Shown here piece after piece: positions 1-8,946 of a stretch of 64,000 bases of DNA (within the stretch, counting starts at the first letter, position 1; each line of letters opens with the position of its first letter). The position numbers were made by a program, and so were the translations under genes. Below the pieces are notes generated by a model. It made no database searches. It was given only the letters and a program-made list of their open reading frames with translations, and was not told the origin of the DNA. Where the stretch lies: positions 1 to 64,000 of IMG/VR virus record IMGVR_UViG_3300009425_000015, one strand, 5' to 3'. This stretch comes from a virus.

Positions 1-199
1 CCTCTCCTTTTAACTTATATATATAATTAGTAGCTATTTTAGATATATACTCAAAGATGCGCGCGTACGCGAGATTAAGCCCCGGGGATGCTACGAATGA
101 TATCCTAGCTAGCTATGCGTACGCGTTAACATATTAACGGGGGGACGGGCAATGTTAACGACGCTTTTTTTTGCGCCGAAATTTTTTTAATTAATGAGC

Positions 200-397
200 T
201 TAACTACCGCTATAATCTCCGCGTTCACGCTTCTTTCTGAGTACGTCACGCTTCCTCATAGTGTTAGGGATGGTTTCGACAACCTTGATAACTTCCTTTG
301 AGAAGAAGACAGCTTGTGATTTCTCGCGGCGATCGATAATGCCAGAATTGTCATCTTCCGGAGAGGGATTGCCGTATATAAAGTCTTTAGCTGCCAT
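200..397 (-). CDS. hypothetical protein
   Basis: ORF overlapping the stop of the upstream gene; no motif recognised. Confidence 0.5.
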   Translation of the reverse strand: MAAKDFIYGNPSPEDDNSGIIDRREKSQAVFFSKEVIKVVETIPNTMRKRDVLRKKRERGDYSGS

Positions 398-1127
398 GGC
401 GCGTACGGCGCGGGCCCATCCCTGAAGTGGCTAGCCGCGTGCGCGCGCCGGCTTCCTGATTAGCTATATACTTTGCATTAATTGCGAATATGTGCTTCGC
501 TTTCTTTCTAGCTTTTTCTGCCGCGGCGATACCGGCCGGTGAAGACTTCTGCAGATAAGGCAGCACGTGCTTGCGCCTATATGTCATATTATATATTTTA
601 GTACTCATTTCCACGTGCTGGAATTGCTTAGCGATATCTGCAGGTACTTCGCCTAATATATTCTGATAGGCTTGATTGTACTCCAATGTCGCTTTATCGC
701 CGCCGCCGGCGACTTTCGCGGCTTCTGATGCGGCTTCGTATACACCTTCAACCATTCCGACGATTTCTAATATCTTTGTATCTACGTCTTGCACCGCGTC
801 ATTGCCGGCCGCGGCATATGCGCCCCTGCCCATGGCGCTGTCTATTTCCTTAAACCCGGCTGTACCGCCGGTACCGACACTCCCTTGCCCCATGGGCCCT
901 AGGGGATCCGCTGCAGCTATCGTTTTTTTCATCATATCAGCAACGGATATGCCTTTCTTTGCTGATGAGCTACCCATGCCAAGCGCGCCCTTAATGCTAT
1001 CTAGAAAGCCTTCGTCGACTGTACTATCTAGTTCTTCTATAAGTATTGCTTTAATCCTAGCTTCATGAATTGAATTGCTATCAGCTGCATTTCGACGTCT
1101 ATAAACTATTTTCTTTCTTTTAATCAT
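387..1127 (-). CDS. hypothetical Ala/Gly-rich protein, probably late or virion-associated
   Basis: 246 aa ORF; ILIEEL...DEGFLD motif shared with 1139..1624; lies downstream of an ACTAATTA motif. Confidence 0.7.
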   Translation of the reverse strand: MIKRKKIVYRRRNAADSNSIHEARIKAILIEELDSTVDEGFLDSIKGALGMGSSSAKKGISVADMMKKTIAAADPLGPMGQGSVGTGGTAGFKEIDSAMGRGAYAAAGNDAVQDVDTKILEIVGMVEGVYEAASEAAKVAGGGDKATLEYNQAYQNILGEVPADIAKQFQHVEMSTKIYNMTYRRKHVLPYLQKSSPAGIAAAEKARKKAKHIFAINAKYIANQEAGARTRLATSGMGPRRTRHGS

Positions 1128-1138
1128 GATATTATTTC

Positions 1139-1624
1139 CTATAAATCAGAGCCATCGATTTGAAATAGAGATGTTACGTACTGGTATAACATCAATTGAT
1201 GCCTGTGGGTGTTAAATTTTGGCGCGACTGCACCGTTCTTCATCGCGCCTTGTAATAATGCTAGCGCTTCTTTCTTATTAAGCATGTTGGTGTTTGCTAT
1301 AGCTTTCGGGCTAAAAGTCTTAATTTTTTTGGCGCTACTTTTGCCGCCGGTTTTTTTATGCAGCTCGATTTGCTTTTGGATATCCGGTACTGCGCCGGGC
1401 ACCTTTGCTGCTAGCGCATGCATGCCTTGCGTTGCTAGCGCTTTAACTTCTTTACTTTTGCTATTCGCGACTTGCAGGAGTTGCTTAGCCAGCGCGCTAG
1501 CGCCACCGGCGTCTTTAACTGCGGCTAATTTTTTTTTAAGGGCGTCGATGAATTTTCCTTCTAATAATATTACGTCGATTTCTTCTTCGATAATTTGCGC
1601 TATCTCTTCTGCAGAATATTCCAT
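1139..1624 (-). CDS. hypothetical protein, probably late
   Basis: 161 aa; AGAGGA RBS; IIEEEI...LLEGKFID N-terminus; ACTAATTA ~30 nt upstream. Confidence 0.7.
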   Translation of the reverse strand: MEYSAEEIAQIIEEEIDVILLEGKFIDALKKKLAAVKDAGGASALAKQLLQVANSKSKEVKALATQGMHALAAKVPGAVPDIQKQIELHKKTGGKSSAKKIKTFSPKAIANTNMLNKKEALALLQGAMKNGAVAPKFNTHRHQLMLYQYVTSLFQIDGSDL

Positions 1625-1653
1625 TATGCGCGTCCTCTCTATGCTTGATGCTA

Positions 1654-1661
1654 TAATTAGT
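1654..1661 (-). promoter_or_regulatory. putative late-promoter motif ACTAWTTA (also at 24-31, 21074-21081, 25006-25013, 30516-30523, 33468-33475, 36337-36344, 38488-38495)
   Basis: The same 8-mer lies shortly upstream of gene starts where I found no adjacent TTGAC-type promoter. Confidence 0.5.
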
Positions 1662-1736
1662 ACCGCGGTATCTTATATCTCCGAAAATTTCCTAGCCGTT
1701 TAACGTACGTATCTGATCATGGTAAAACCCCAATGA

Positions 1737-1749
1737 TATCAAGGACTTA
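1737..1749 (+). promoter_or_regulatory. IHF-consensus site
   Basis: TATCAAGGACTTA matches WATCAANNNNTTR. Confidence 0.35.
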
Positions 1750-1827
1750 CATTCCGGGTACCGGGGGGAGGGGGGGTGTCAAGTAAAAAATAAAAAAAGA
1801 ATTTACTTGACAAAAAGATTGGTGCGG

Positions 1828-2043
1828 CTAAGCCTCCACCTTATAGAAGCGCCGCCAGGCGACAGCACGTACTGACTGATCATAGTCGAATCGTACAACT
1901 ACCATTCGTGGATCCGGGTGGCTACGTAGCACCGTGGCGTGAAAGTCTTCGCCGCCATTGAAGTGTGCAACGTGATTAACACGAAAGATTCGCTCGCCCT
2001 GGTTGAGTGAACCGCGTCGAATGACTTTGTTTGACTTGCGCAT
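1828..2043 (-). CDS. small hypothetical protein, SH3-like pattern
   Basis: LNQGERIFRV...ATVL...VVRFD; TTGACT-17-TATAGT promoter at ~2097-2125. Confidence 0.55.
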   Translation of the reverse strand: MRKSNKVIRRGSLNQGERIFRVNHVAHFNGGEDFHATVLRSHPDPRMVVVRFDYDQSVRAVAWRRFYKVEA

Positions 2044-2158
2044 ATGGAAACCCTTTCGAGGCATGGTGTCAAGGTGCATTCCCTAACCACTCCTAGACTA
2101 TAGACGAATGAGCGGGCTAAGTCAAGTAAAAAAGAATTTAATTGATAAGGAGAGCGCG

Positions 2159-2476
2159 CTAGAAGCCTAGCGCTTCGAGTAGTGCCGCGTGTGCGTCAAT
2201 CTCTTCAACTGTTGGTACATCGACACCGGGCAGCGGTACAACCTCATCGCGTACCGCGCTGTGCGGTGACACGTTGAGTACCGGATAGGCTAGCCCTTCG
2301 ACTATGACATCGACGCTAGCCGGGGGCGCGGTGAAGAAATCGTCTTGAAACTCACATGGTAAATCGTCATCGTCCATCCAATTGATGTCGACATCATCGA
2401 GCCATGAATTGACTGAACCGTACTTGTCGATGATAGCAGCCTCACGGCGTTGAATGTTTTTAATTTGTTCTAACAT
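2159..2476 (-). CDS. acidic hypothetical protein
   Basis: Asp-rich segment (DDVDINWMDDDDLP); TAATG coupling with the upstream gene. Confidence 0.6.
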   Translation of the reverse strand: MLEQIKNIQRREAAIIDKYGSVNSWLDDVDINWMDDDDLPCEFQDDFFTAPPASVDVIVEGLAYPVLNVSPHSAVRDEVVPLPGVDVPTVEEIDAHAALLEALGF

Positions 2477-2700
2477 TAATTCCAACCTTTACCTAAAGTC
2501 GTTAACGTATCTCGGATAGCGCAACCATGGGCGTTCATCGCGATGTCGTATGAATGCTTGGCTAAGTCGTCTGCGCCGATACGGATATATCGCGCGACGT
2601 CTAACAGCGCCCTGCTGCGGTGGCTGCCATCGACGACAAAATGATGTACGCCGTTAATCTCGACGGAGTCGATTGGATAGGTAACGTCGGATTGAATCAT
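2476..2700 (-). CDS. hypothetical protein
   Basis: 74 aa ORF coupled to the downstream gene. Confidence 0.55.
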   Translation of the reverse strand: MIQSDVTYPIDSVEINGVHHFVVDGSHRSRALLDVARYIRIGADDLAKHSYDIAMNAHGCAIRDTLTTLGKGWN

Positions 2701-2745
2701 AGGGTATACCCTTGCTCTATTAATTGTTACAAATTATATAGTTGT

Positions 2746-3096
2746 TATCGCGCCGTGGGCATTACGGTATAGCCCTGAAGTCATCCAATTGAGTTGGCTT
2801 GTGCTGCGATGTTCTTGATGGATTCTAGCATTGTTTAACCCTTCCACTTGGTTGGACATGGAGACAATTGGCCGCGAATAGAGGCAGCATGCAATGTGTT
2901 ATTGGCAGTACATGCCTTCTGAAGCTCGGTGTGGAGCGATTGGCGCTCGGCTCGTGTAAGGTTATGATTTACGTCGTAACATGCACAGGGTATCTTATTC
3001 ATGCTCTATATCCTTTTTTAAATACTTTTTATTTCTTCTATCGGGACTTTCTATCGCGCCGAGGGCATTACGGTGTAGCCCTGAAGTCATCCAATT
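2746..3096. repeat. 45-bp direct repeat (2746-2790 and 3052-3096)
   Basis: TATCGCGCCGWGGGCATTACGGTRTAGCCCTGAAGTCATCCAATT; 2 mismatches, 306 bp apart, intergenic. Confidence 0.85.
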
Positions 3097-3178
3097 TATT
3101 TACACTCCTTTCGAGTTAATAGGGTTAGTCATGACTAGCTCCAACTTGTTAAGGGGTATACCCTCAACTTCTGTATAC

Positions 3179-3206
3179 ATTATATCAAACTGAGCGAATA
3201 AGTCAA
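3179..3206 (-). promoter_or_regulatory. sigma70-type early promoter
   Basis: TTGACT-16-TATAAT. Confidence 0.65.
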
Positions 3207-3673
3207 GGACTTATTTGCATTTATTTAATTTAATCCTCGCCCTAATTCGATGCTATGAATAAGAGCGTACATGATGCTCCGAGTATACCCCTCAAAGGGT
3301 GTGCATTTATTAACGGTGTAATTAGGTGTTGTCACGTGTTATCCGGTGGTGTATAAGGACACATGGCTAGCAGCACCATCGCCCCTACCATCTAAATACA
3401 TCCTAACAGTCAAACCGCGTAAAGTCTAGAGCAAAACACAACCACAAGCACTAATCATCATTATTAAAAACAATACAGATTATTAAAACAACCAACACTA
3501 TAAGCACATGTCAACTCCGAGTCATTGTTAGGAGCACTAACAAAGCCAACAATACGTTAGTCGTTGCGGGGTGTGTCAGTATGTCCATCACTATAAGATA
3601 ACAAAACTGAATAGAGCACCCAAAGAAACGCCGATGATGAATAGCATTAAACCGTCATGCTGTATACGACTCA

Positions 3674-3916
3674 TTATAGCACCCCTTCGATTGATGCATC
3701 ATTTAGGTGATGAATCCTAACTGAGTCTGTCATCGCGGCTAGGTGTGGTTCTCTACTAGGGCAGACTCCTAATGCATCCTTAATCTTTGCAATTGCTGAA
3801 TTGTCCCTCATAGTATAAGCCATATCAAGCGAACGCATTGCATATGCTCGTTGTGGCTTAGTAACGGCGTGAGGTGAATTGCATCCACAATGGACGGTAT
3901 AGAATCGCTTACTCAT
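3674..3916 (-). CDS. hypothetical protein
   Basis: 80 aa ORF; AAGGGG RBS; TTGACA promoter upstream. Confidence 0.6.
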   Translation of the reverse strand: MSKRFYTVHCGCNSPHAVTKPQRAYAMRSLDMAYTMRDNSAIAKIKDALGVCPSREPHLAAMTDSVRIHHLNDASIEGVL

Positions 3917-4261
3917 GTCTTAACCCCTTATAGGTTTTATTTATTGTTCTCTCAACTTCTATCCTTATACTATCACAACCATATGGAACGTGTCAAGCGA
4001 TTCTTTGTACTATGCATGAAATTTCTTTGTCGGTTGCGCTTGCGCTCGCATGCCTTCCGATTGCTGGCAGGGGGTGGCACTGGTGCCATGGGTACAGTAT
4101 CGGCTGTATCGTCAATTGTTACGATTCGATTAAAGATATTGTTGATTGAACGCATGATTATTTTCCTCTTTTTGTCTTTGCCCATGTAGTACGTAAAGTC
4201 TTTGCTTTCTTCGGTTTATTGCTCTTCGTCTTCCCTCGTTTGCCTTTCTTATTGCCTATCA

Positions 4262-4486
4262 TTATGGCGCACCGTCGCTAAAGTGAAAGGCGCTTAAGTC
4301 GCTATGCATATGTGCCAGCATCTTGATGGTGTTCTCAACTGCAATTTGTGCTTCGATACTGCGCCCACTGTGTTGATTATCATGCAATAGCCTTTGCACA
4401 CTGTTTTCAAATTCCATGGACATCACGCCGACTGTATCACCAACTTTAACTTGCGTCCAATACGAATCAATTAATTCACTATTCAT
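4262..4486 (-). CDS. hypothetical protein
   Basis: Overlap-coupled to the upstream ORF. Confidence 0.55.
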   Translation of the reverse strand: MNSELIDSYWTQVKVGDTVGVMSMEFENSVQRLLHDNQHSGRSIEAQIAVENTIKMLAHMHSDLSAFHFSDGAP

Positions 4487-4655
4487 CGTCTTCGCTTTCG
4501 TCTTCGCCCTTTGTGACGTCTAACTCTACTAGCTCGCTTACTTCGGCTTCAGGGTTATCATCAACGTCAATTTCTGCATCATCCCGGTATTCATCATCCC
4601 GGTTACGTATACGACTATAATCATTCTCGCTGAATAAGTCAAATAAATCTTTCAT
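4479..4655 (-). CDS. very acidic small protein
   Basis: AAGGA RBS; MKDLFDLF...EDESEDDE; first gene after a promoter. Confidence 0.6.
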   Translation of the reverse strand: MKDLFDLFSENDYSRIRNRDDEYRDDAEIDVDDNPEAEVSELVELDVTKGEDESEDDE

Positions 4656-4877
4656 GTTTTTTTCCTTCTTTGTTTTTGTTTGTTCTCTCAACGTCTGCAA
4701 TCATTCTATCTAAGCAGCGCGATAAAGTCAACATGTTTTTCAATTAATCGTAAAAGCTCAATATTATCAACAAGATAAAATGAATGCTAGCCCAACCCCT
4801 CTAGCATTCTGGCATATTGTATGCCCCCACTGGTAACGGCGGGATTAATGTCACCAGAATTATTCACGCCTTATGTC

Positions 4878-5156
4878 TTACGCCTCCGGCTTAGCTAGCT
4901 TGTCAATATTAGCCTTGACAAATTCGGCAACCTTGCCCGACGTGAAAAGCTCGGAAACCTTCGGAAGCTCGGCAGTCTTAAGGGTGATAGGGAATTTACG
5001 AATGCCATAAATTGCCAAGTGTCCGTTCTTGGATACTCCGATACGTACCATCGTTTTCGCTTTCGCTCGCAATTCCTTAAGCTCGTTTTGCTGCGCTTCA
5101 AGCTCGGCAAGTCGTGAAAGAATGGTATCGTTGTTATTTGCAGTCGTCTTGCTCAT
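4878..5156 (-). CDS. conserved hypothetical protein (coiled coil plus VSxxGxxxxYGxxxFPxTL domain)
   Basis: Resembles a small bacterial family I recall with the consensus KVSEKGxxSVYGLGRFPVTLY; TTGACA-17-TATTAT promoter upstream. Confidence 0.65.
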   Translation of the reverse strand: MSKTTANNNDTILSRLAELEAQQNELKELRAKAKTMVRIGVSKNGHLAIYGIRKFPITLKTAELPKVSELFTSGKVAEFVKANIDKLAKPEA

Positions 5157-5396
5157 GATTGAGCCTTTCATTCAGTGGCACGCATGCGCCGGTAATTGTT
5201 GATGCGGTAGCTCAGAGTCTACCCGCCTTCCTGTATTGTGTCCCTATAATATCAGGGATAATTTAGTTTGTCAAGAGAAAAAATTTTCGGTTGAAAAAAA
5301 ACCGGCGATGTCGCTCTCCTAACTTGTGCATACATTCTATCAAGTATCGTTGAGAAGTCAAGAAAAAAAACAAACAATCGTAAAACCTCAATTAAT

Positions 5397-5639
5397 TCAA
5401 ATGATTGTAAATGATACTTGACATGGTTTTGGTTTTCCTCCGTTTAACTTCAATTTCTTGATATAGTCCTGCAACCCCTGATACACTGAATCTATCCAAT
5501 ATTCGCCCTCTGCCTCCTCAATTAATTGTGATGCTTCCATGGTAGTCACTCCCATGTCCTCCAAAGAATCGCAGACTCCAGCGGCGATTGACTCGCCAAG
5601 GTACATTGCGCGCAATTGCTTATGCTTATCGTCGTTCAT
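5397..5639 (-). CDS. hypothetical protein
   Basis: GGAGG RBS before MNDDKHK; the longer track start overlaps the promoter. Confidence 0.6.
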   Translation of the reverse strand: MNDDKHKQLRAMYLGESIAAGVCDSLEDMGVTTMEASQLIEEAEGEYWIDSVYQGLQDYIKKLKLNGGKPKPCQVSFTII

Positions 5640-5764
5640 ATTGCCTCCATCGTTCTCAATTTGTGCAACCATTATACGATATGGATTCAAGAAAGTCAAG
5701 GTTTATTTCAATTAATCGTAAAACCTCAATGATATGATAAACTTAACATGCATTCCCGTTCATG

Positions 5765-5965
5765 CTATTTAATCACCTCCATGTCCTCAATTAAATGTAT
5801 TTCATTTCCCCAAGGCATATATACATCAACGACTTTATATATCTCACAGTCTAAAACGCCGAACAATGAAACATTGTCTTGCGGTGTTGAAGCCCTTGGT
5901 TCCGACAGTAAGACGCCTACAGTACCGGGATGATAGTCACAACAAACAATGTCACCAATATTCAT
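5765..5965 (-). CDS. SH3/KOW-like small protein
   Basis: MNIGDIV...GVLL...MEVIK. Confidence 0.6.
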   Translation of the reverse strand: MNIGDIVCCDYHPGTVGVLLSEPRASTPQDNVSLFGVLDCEIYKVVDVYMPWGNEIHLIEDMEVIK

Positions 5966-6092
5966 ATAAACAACTTTCTTTCTGCTATCTGGAGCGTTGC
6001 TGCTCTCAACTTCTGCAATCATTATTCGAAACGCCACAAAGAAAGTCAAGGTTTATTTCAATTAATCGTAAAACCTCAATAATAACGCTTGC

Positions 6093-6341
6093 TTAGTCAA
6101 CGACGTCTGCATGCATTCGAGCTTTGCCGACGTGGCAAGATGTTGTCTGTGAATGGTATTCATGCTTGCCTCCTGCTGTATGTTCTCTGAGAATCTTTGT
6201 ACCTGTAGACGGGCATGTATCACCTATACACAATCTATATGAATACAGTCTTTGTCCGTCCGTCCAAAAATTGCCGGTATGACTTTCGGCAGACTGTCCA
6301 ACGCTCCAGGCGCGGGGTATTTCACTGTTCGAGTATTTCAT
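6093..6341 (-). CDS. phage hypothetical protein
   Basis: ATGA coupling; LYSY...SQTTSCH motif of a common phage family. Confidence 0.6.
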   Translation of the reverse strand: MKYSNSEIPRAWSVGQSAESHTGNFWTDGQRLYSYRLCIGDTCPSTGTKILREHTAGGKHEYHSQTTSCHVGKARMHADVVD

Positions 6342-6532
6342 ACGCTGCCAACTTTCTGCTTAATGTTATTTTCCATCATGCGTTTACGTATTCTTACGAA
6401 CGCTGCTTTGTCTACTTCTAGTGTCCTACCGTTCTTGTCTTCAATTAACCATAGTGGTTTTCTCTTGCTTTCCATTCGCTGCGCCATCATCATCATTCGC
6501 CCCTTTATGTTTATTCGCCTCGACTTCTGCAA
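6338..6532 (-). CDS. small basic hypothetical protein (true start probably near 6496)
   Basis: AAGGGG RBS before MMMMAQ. Confidence 0.5.
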   Translation of the reverse strand: MQKSRRINIKGRMMMMAQRMESKRKPLWLIEDKNGRTLEVDKAAFVRIRKRMMENNIKQKVGSV

Positions 6533-6598
6533 CCATTATACGAAACAGAATCGAGAAAGTCAACGTGTTTTTCAATTAATCGTAAAACCTCAATGATT

Positions 6599-6838
6599 CT
6601 AGCCGTTTGAATTTCTCTTTCTTTTTGATACCGTACAATCTTTAAGGTATATTAGGCAACTATACAGAGTCTTTATCACGCCAGCGTCCACCACTGCCAA
6701 CTCTATAGTCGGATTTTCTTGAGGATGAGTATCACAGGCGTCGCCGACGGTTACGACAAACGCTGTCTTCTTATTCCACCATACGGAAGGCACCCTCTTA
6801 TCTAAATATATCATATCGCCGACGTTCAGACTATTCAT
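6599..6838 (-). CDS. SH3/KOW-like small protein
   Basis: LNVGDMIY...AFVV pattern. Confidence 0.6.
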   Translation of the reverse strand: MNSLNVGDMIYLDKRVPSVWWNKKTAFVVTVGDACDTHPQENPTIELAVVDAGVIKTLYSCLIYLKDCTVSKRKRNSNG

Positions 6839-6974
6839 CGCTCAATACCTTGTGCTTGATTTTTCGAGTATACTTCGCCTTATCCCTATGAACCTTAACG
6901 CCCCCACCATGCCGCTTTTGCAACGCGCTGGCGAAAGGGTTCCTGGCAGAAATGTATTTTCTTGTACGGCTCAT
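6831..6974 (-). CDS. 47-aa basic peptide with an ArfA-like motif (not in the ORF track)
   Basis: MSRTRKYISARNPFASALQKRHGGGVKVHRDKAKYTRKIKHKVLSDE; GAGGA RBS; overlaps both neighbours. Confidence 0.6.
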   Translation of the reverse strand: MSRTRKYISARNPFASALQKRHGGGVKVHRDKAKYTRKIKHKVLSDE

Positions 6975-7156
6975 TTTGTTTCCTCAGTCGTTCGCTCATA
7001 TGGTGCGGTATAAGTGCGCTGTATACCGTCCCGGCATAACGACGCGGCTAGCTGCACTCGAGTTATTCCCTCTTGCGCCTCTTCATGCGTATCGTAAGCA
7101 CCGAATCTTTCTGTGCCGTACTCCTCAGAATAACTGTCAAAATACCATTCTGTCAT
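6971..7156 (-). CDS. hypothetical protein
   Basis: 61 aa; AAGGG RBS. Confidence 0.55.
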   Translation of the reverse strand: MTEWYFDSYSEEYGTERFGAYDTHEEAQEGITRVQLAASLCRDGIQRTYTAPYERTTEETK

Positions 7157-7198
7157 TTTTCTACCCTTGTCGTCATTTTCTTCGTTTTTCCATGAAAG

Positions 7199-7258
7199 TG
7201 GCGAAACGCTGCCACGGCATTAAATACCTAAACACCACGTCTTAGCAGCGTTTCGCCA
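7199..7258 (-). other. 14-bp perfect inverted repeat at the 5' end of a predicted transcript
   Basis: TGGCGAAACGCTGC / GCAGCGTTTCGCCA with a 32-nt loop; promoter TTGACT-17-TATAAT at 7271-7299. Confidence 0.7.
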
Positions 7259-7314
7259 ATTGATAACTATATTATACGAAACAAAGGATTCAAAGTCAAG
7301 AAGAAAATGAAAAA

Positions 7315-7611
7315 CTAAACAATTTCAATCTCTTTGCCTCCTAGTGAGTAAGACATGTCAAAATCTAAATTTGCCGAAGCTTCATTGTATTTTGCGTTAG
7401 GGACTAGCAAGACTAACTGTTCTAAAGTGTCTTGCATTACTACGACAACAGCACACGCATGATACGACTCTATATCGTCGCCAGAAGAAATTTCTTTCTC
7501 CTTGATTACAAGCCCGGTTCTTCGTACACCTTCCTCATCAAATTTAATCATTTTTCCTAACATGCTTAAGCCCATGATACTCTTCTTTCTACATATAAGT
7601 TGAAGCGGCAT
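7315..7611 (-). CDS. hypothetical protein (true start probably near 7563)
   Basis: ORF following 7566..7910. Confidence 0.5.
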   Translation of the reverse strand: MPLQLICRKKSIMGLSMLGKMIKFDEEGVRRTGLVIKEKEISSGDDIESYHACAVVVVMQDTLEQLVLLVPNAKYNEASANLDFDMSYSLGGKEIEIV

Positions 7612-7910
7612 ACGTCACCGACAGTCTCGACATCAGCGTAATCCTCGCCGAGTCTGACATATCCGTACGCCATGTCGGGTAAGCTAGCTAGAAAAGCTGT
7701 CATTGCACCGATCCCGTGATACCCTTCGTACCATTTAACATCAATCCATTCATATACCGTGAATTCATGCTCATCGCCTTGGCAAGAGTGCATGCATGAT
7801 TCATTAAGCAATTCAAGCAAATAATTATCCGAAGATAGAGATATTAAAGCATGCATAGACGCTATAGCGTGACTATCCATCGCAATATAAACTTCTGAAC
7901 GGTATCCCAT
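7566..7910 (-). CDS. phage hypothetical protein
   Basis: MGYRSEV...KWY...RLGED pattern of a common phage family. Confidence 0.65.
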   Translation of the reverse strand: MGYRSEVYIAMDSHAIASMHALISLSSDNYLLELLNESCMHSCQGDEHEFTVYEWIDVKWYEGYHGIGAMTAFLASLPDMAYGYVRLGEDYADVETVGDVCRFNLYVERRVSWA

Positions 7911-8011
7911 AGAATTCTCACATGCTTTTAGGTATGATTAGCGGTGCTACGAAAACGGCAGCAACCAAGACAACGCCACCTAGCACGCAGATTGTCGCGA
8001 CTAGGACAGAC

Positions 8012-8212
8012 TTAATCAATCTCTTCTCCGAAAATATCCTCCGATGGTGTCGATACCCACCCATAACTAATTAATGCCTTTGCTGTCCTACCGTAAGAGC
8101 CTTGTAACTTCCAGGCTAGTCCGGTATCCACTAAGTCTTGGAAAAATTCAATAGTTTCATCCTCTGTCATTTCCCCCAATTCATAACGTGCAATACTATT
8201 CATTTGACTCAC
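8012..8212 (-). CDS. phage hypothetical protein
   Basis: FQxLVDTGLAWxLQGSYGRTA motif. Confidence 0.65.
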   Translation of the reverse strand: MSQMNSIARYELGEMTEDETIEFFQDLVDTGLAWKLQGSYGRTAKALISYGWVSTPSEDIFGEEID

Positions 8213-8402
8213 TGGTACTCTCCTTCAATTTTCTCTCAATTCTTATTTCTGTCATTCTCTCAATAACTGCTAGTCTGTAATCAGTTTCTAAAGAATCTAA
8301 CATTTCTCGTCTTTTGCCCTTTGACATGTCCACCCACAGCCTCGCAAGCCTTCGAGCAGATGCCATTGTGTACCGACTGTTCATTATTCTAGCCTTTCTC
8401 AA
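8196..8402 (-). CDS. hypothetical protein
   Basis: Short ORF downstream of the tRNA. Confidence 0.45.
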   Translation of the reverse strand: MRKARIMNSRYTMASARRLARLWVDMSKGKRREMLDSLETDYRLAVIERMTEIRIERKLKESTSESNE

Positions 8403-8429
8403 TATTATAGTTTCTTTCGTTGTAATGTG

Positions 8430-8502
8430 TGGAGCATCCGAGAATCGAACTCGGAACCAGCGGATTAAAAGTCCGATGCGCTACCAATTGCGCCAATGCT
8501 CC
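8430..8502 (-). tRNA. tRNA-Lys (anticodon UUU)
   Basis: GGAGCAT/ATGCTCC acceptor stem, GCGC D-stem, CTTTTAA anticodon loop, TTCGATT T-loop; CCA not encoded. Confidence 0.93.
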
Positions 8503-8946
8503 AATGTTCTACTAGAATCCTGAACGACATGCCTCATCATGACTCACTGTTTTTTTTCGCCTCCTTCCTTGCTTGCCTATATATACTATCAAGCTTTTTT
8601 CTAAAAATCAAGTCTTTTTTTGATTTTCTTTAATTCCCCTTTGGATCCAATAGTCTAACAGCCTTTCTCTTGTGCGCGTGATAATACCTTCTTTGTATGG
8701 TATGCCCCCACCAGACGCAGGGGGTATACGAACAATCCCCCACGTAGCATCAAAATCTGTCCAATCTCTATCATCCTCCATCGTTGGCAACCTTTCTTAG
8801 ATAATTGGTGCTCACCACCCATTCATTTCCTGTATTCGTCCTAACAACTGCGCGGGGGGTGCCAAGATTACAATAAAACCCTACAATAACCCCCTCGATA
8901 TTATTTTTGTGTGTGATTATTACTCTATCATCTTTCCTTAGAATCA

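Larger units (their letters stand above)
4703..6594 (-). repeat. five repeated promoter modules: ATTGAGGTTTTACGATTAATTGAAA followed by TTGACT-16/17-TATAAT-like boxes
   Basis: Upstream element at 4738-4762, 5376-5392 (partial), 5706-5730, 6056-6080, 6570-6594; -35 boxes at 4726, 5356, 5694, 6044, 6558. Confidence 0.85.

Noticed and set aside
5397-6049. Long starts MTFLNPY (5699) and MTFFVAF (6049) as a protein family
   Set aside because: Their TTG starts are the -35 boxes of the repeated promoters; the real starts lie downstream.
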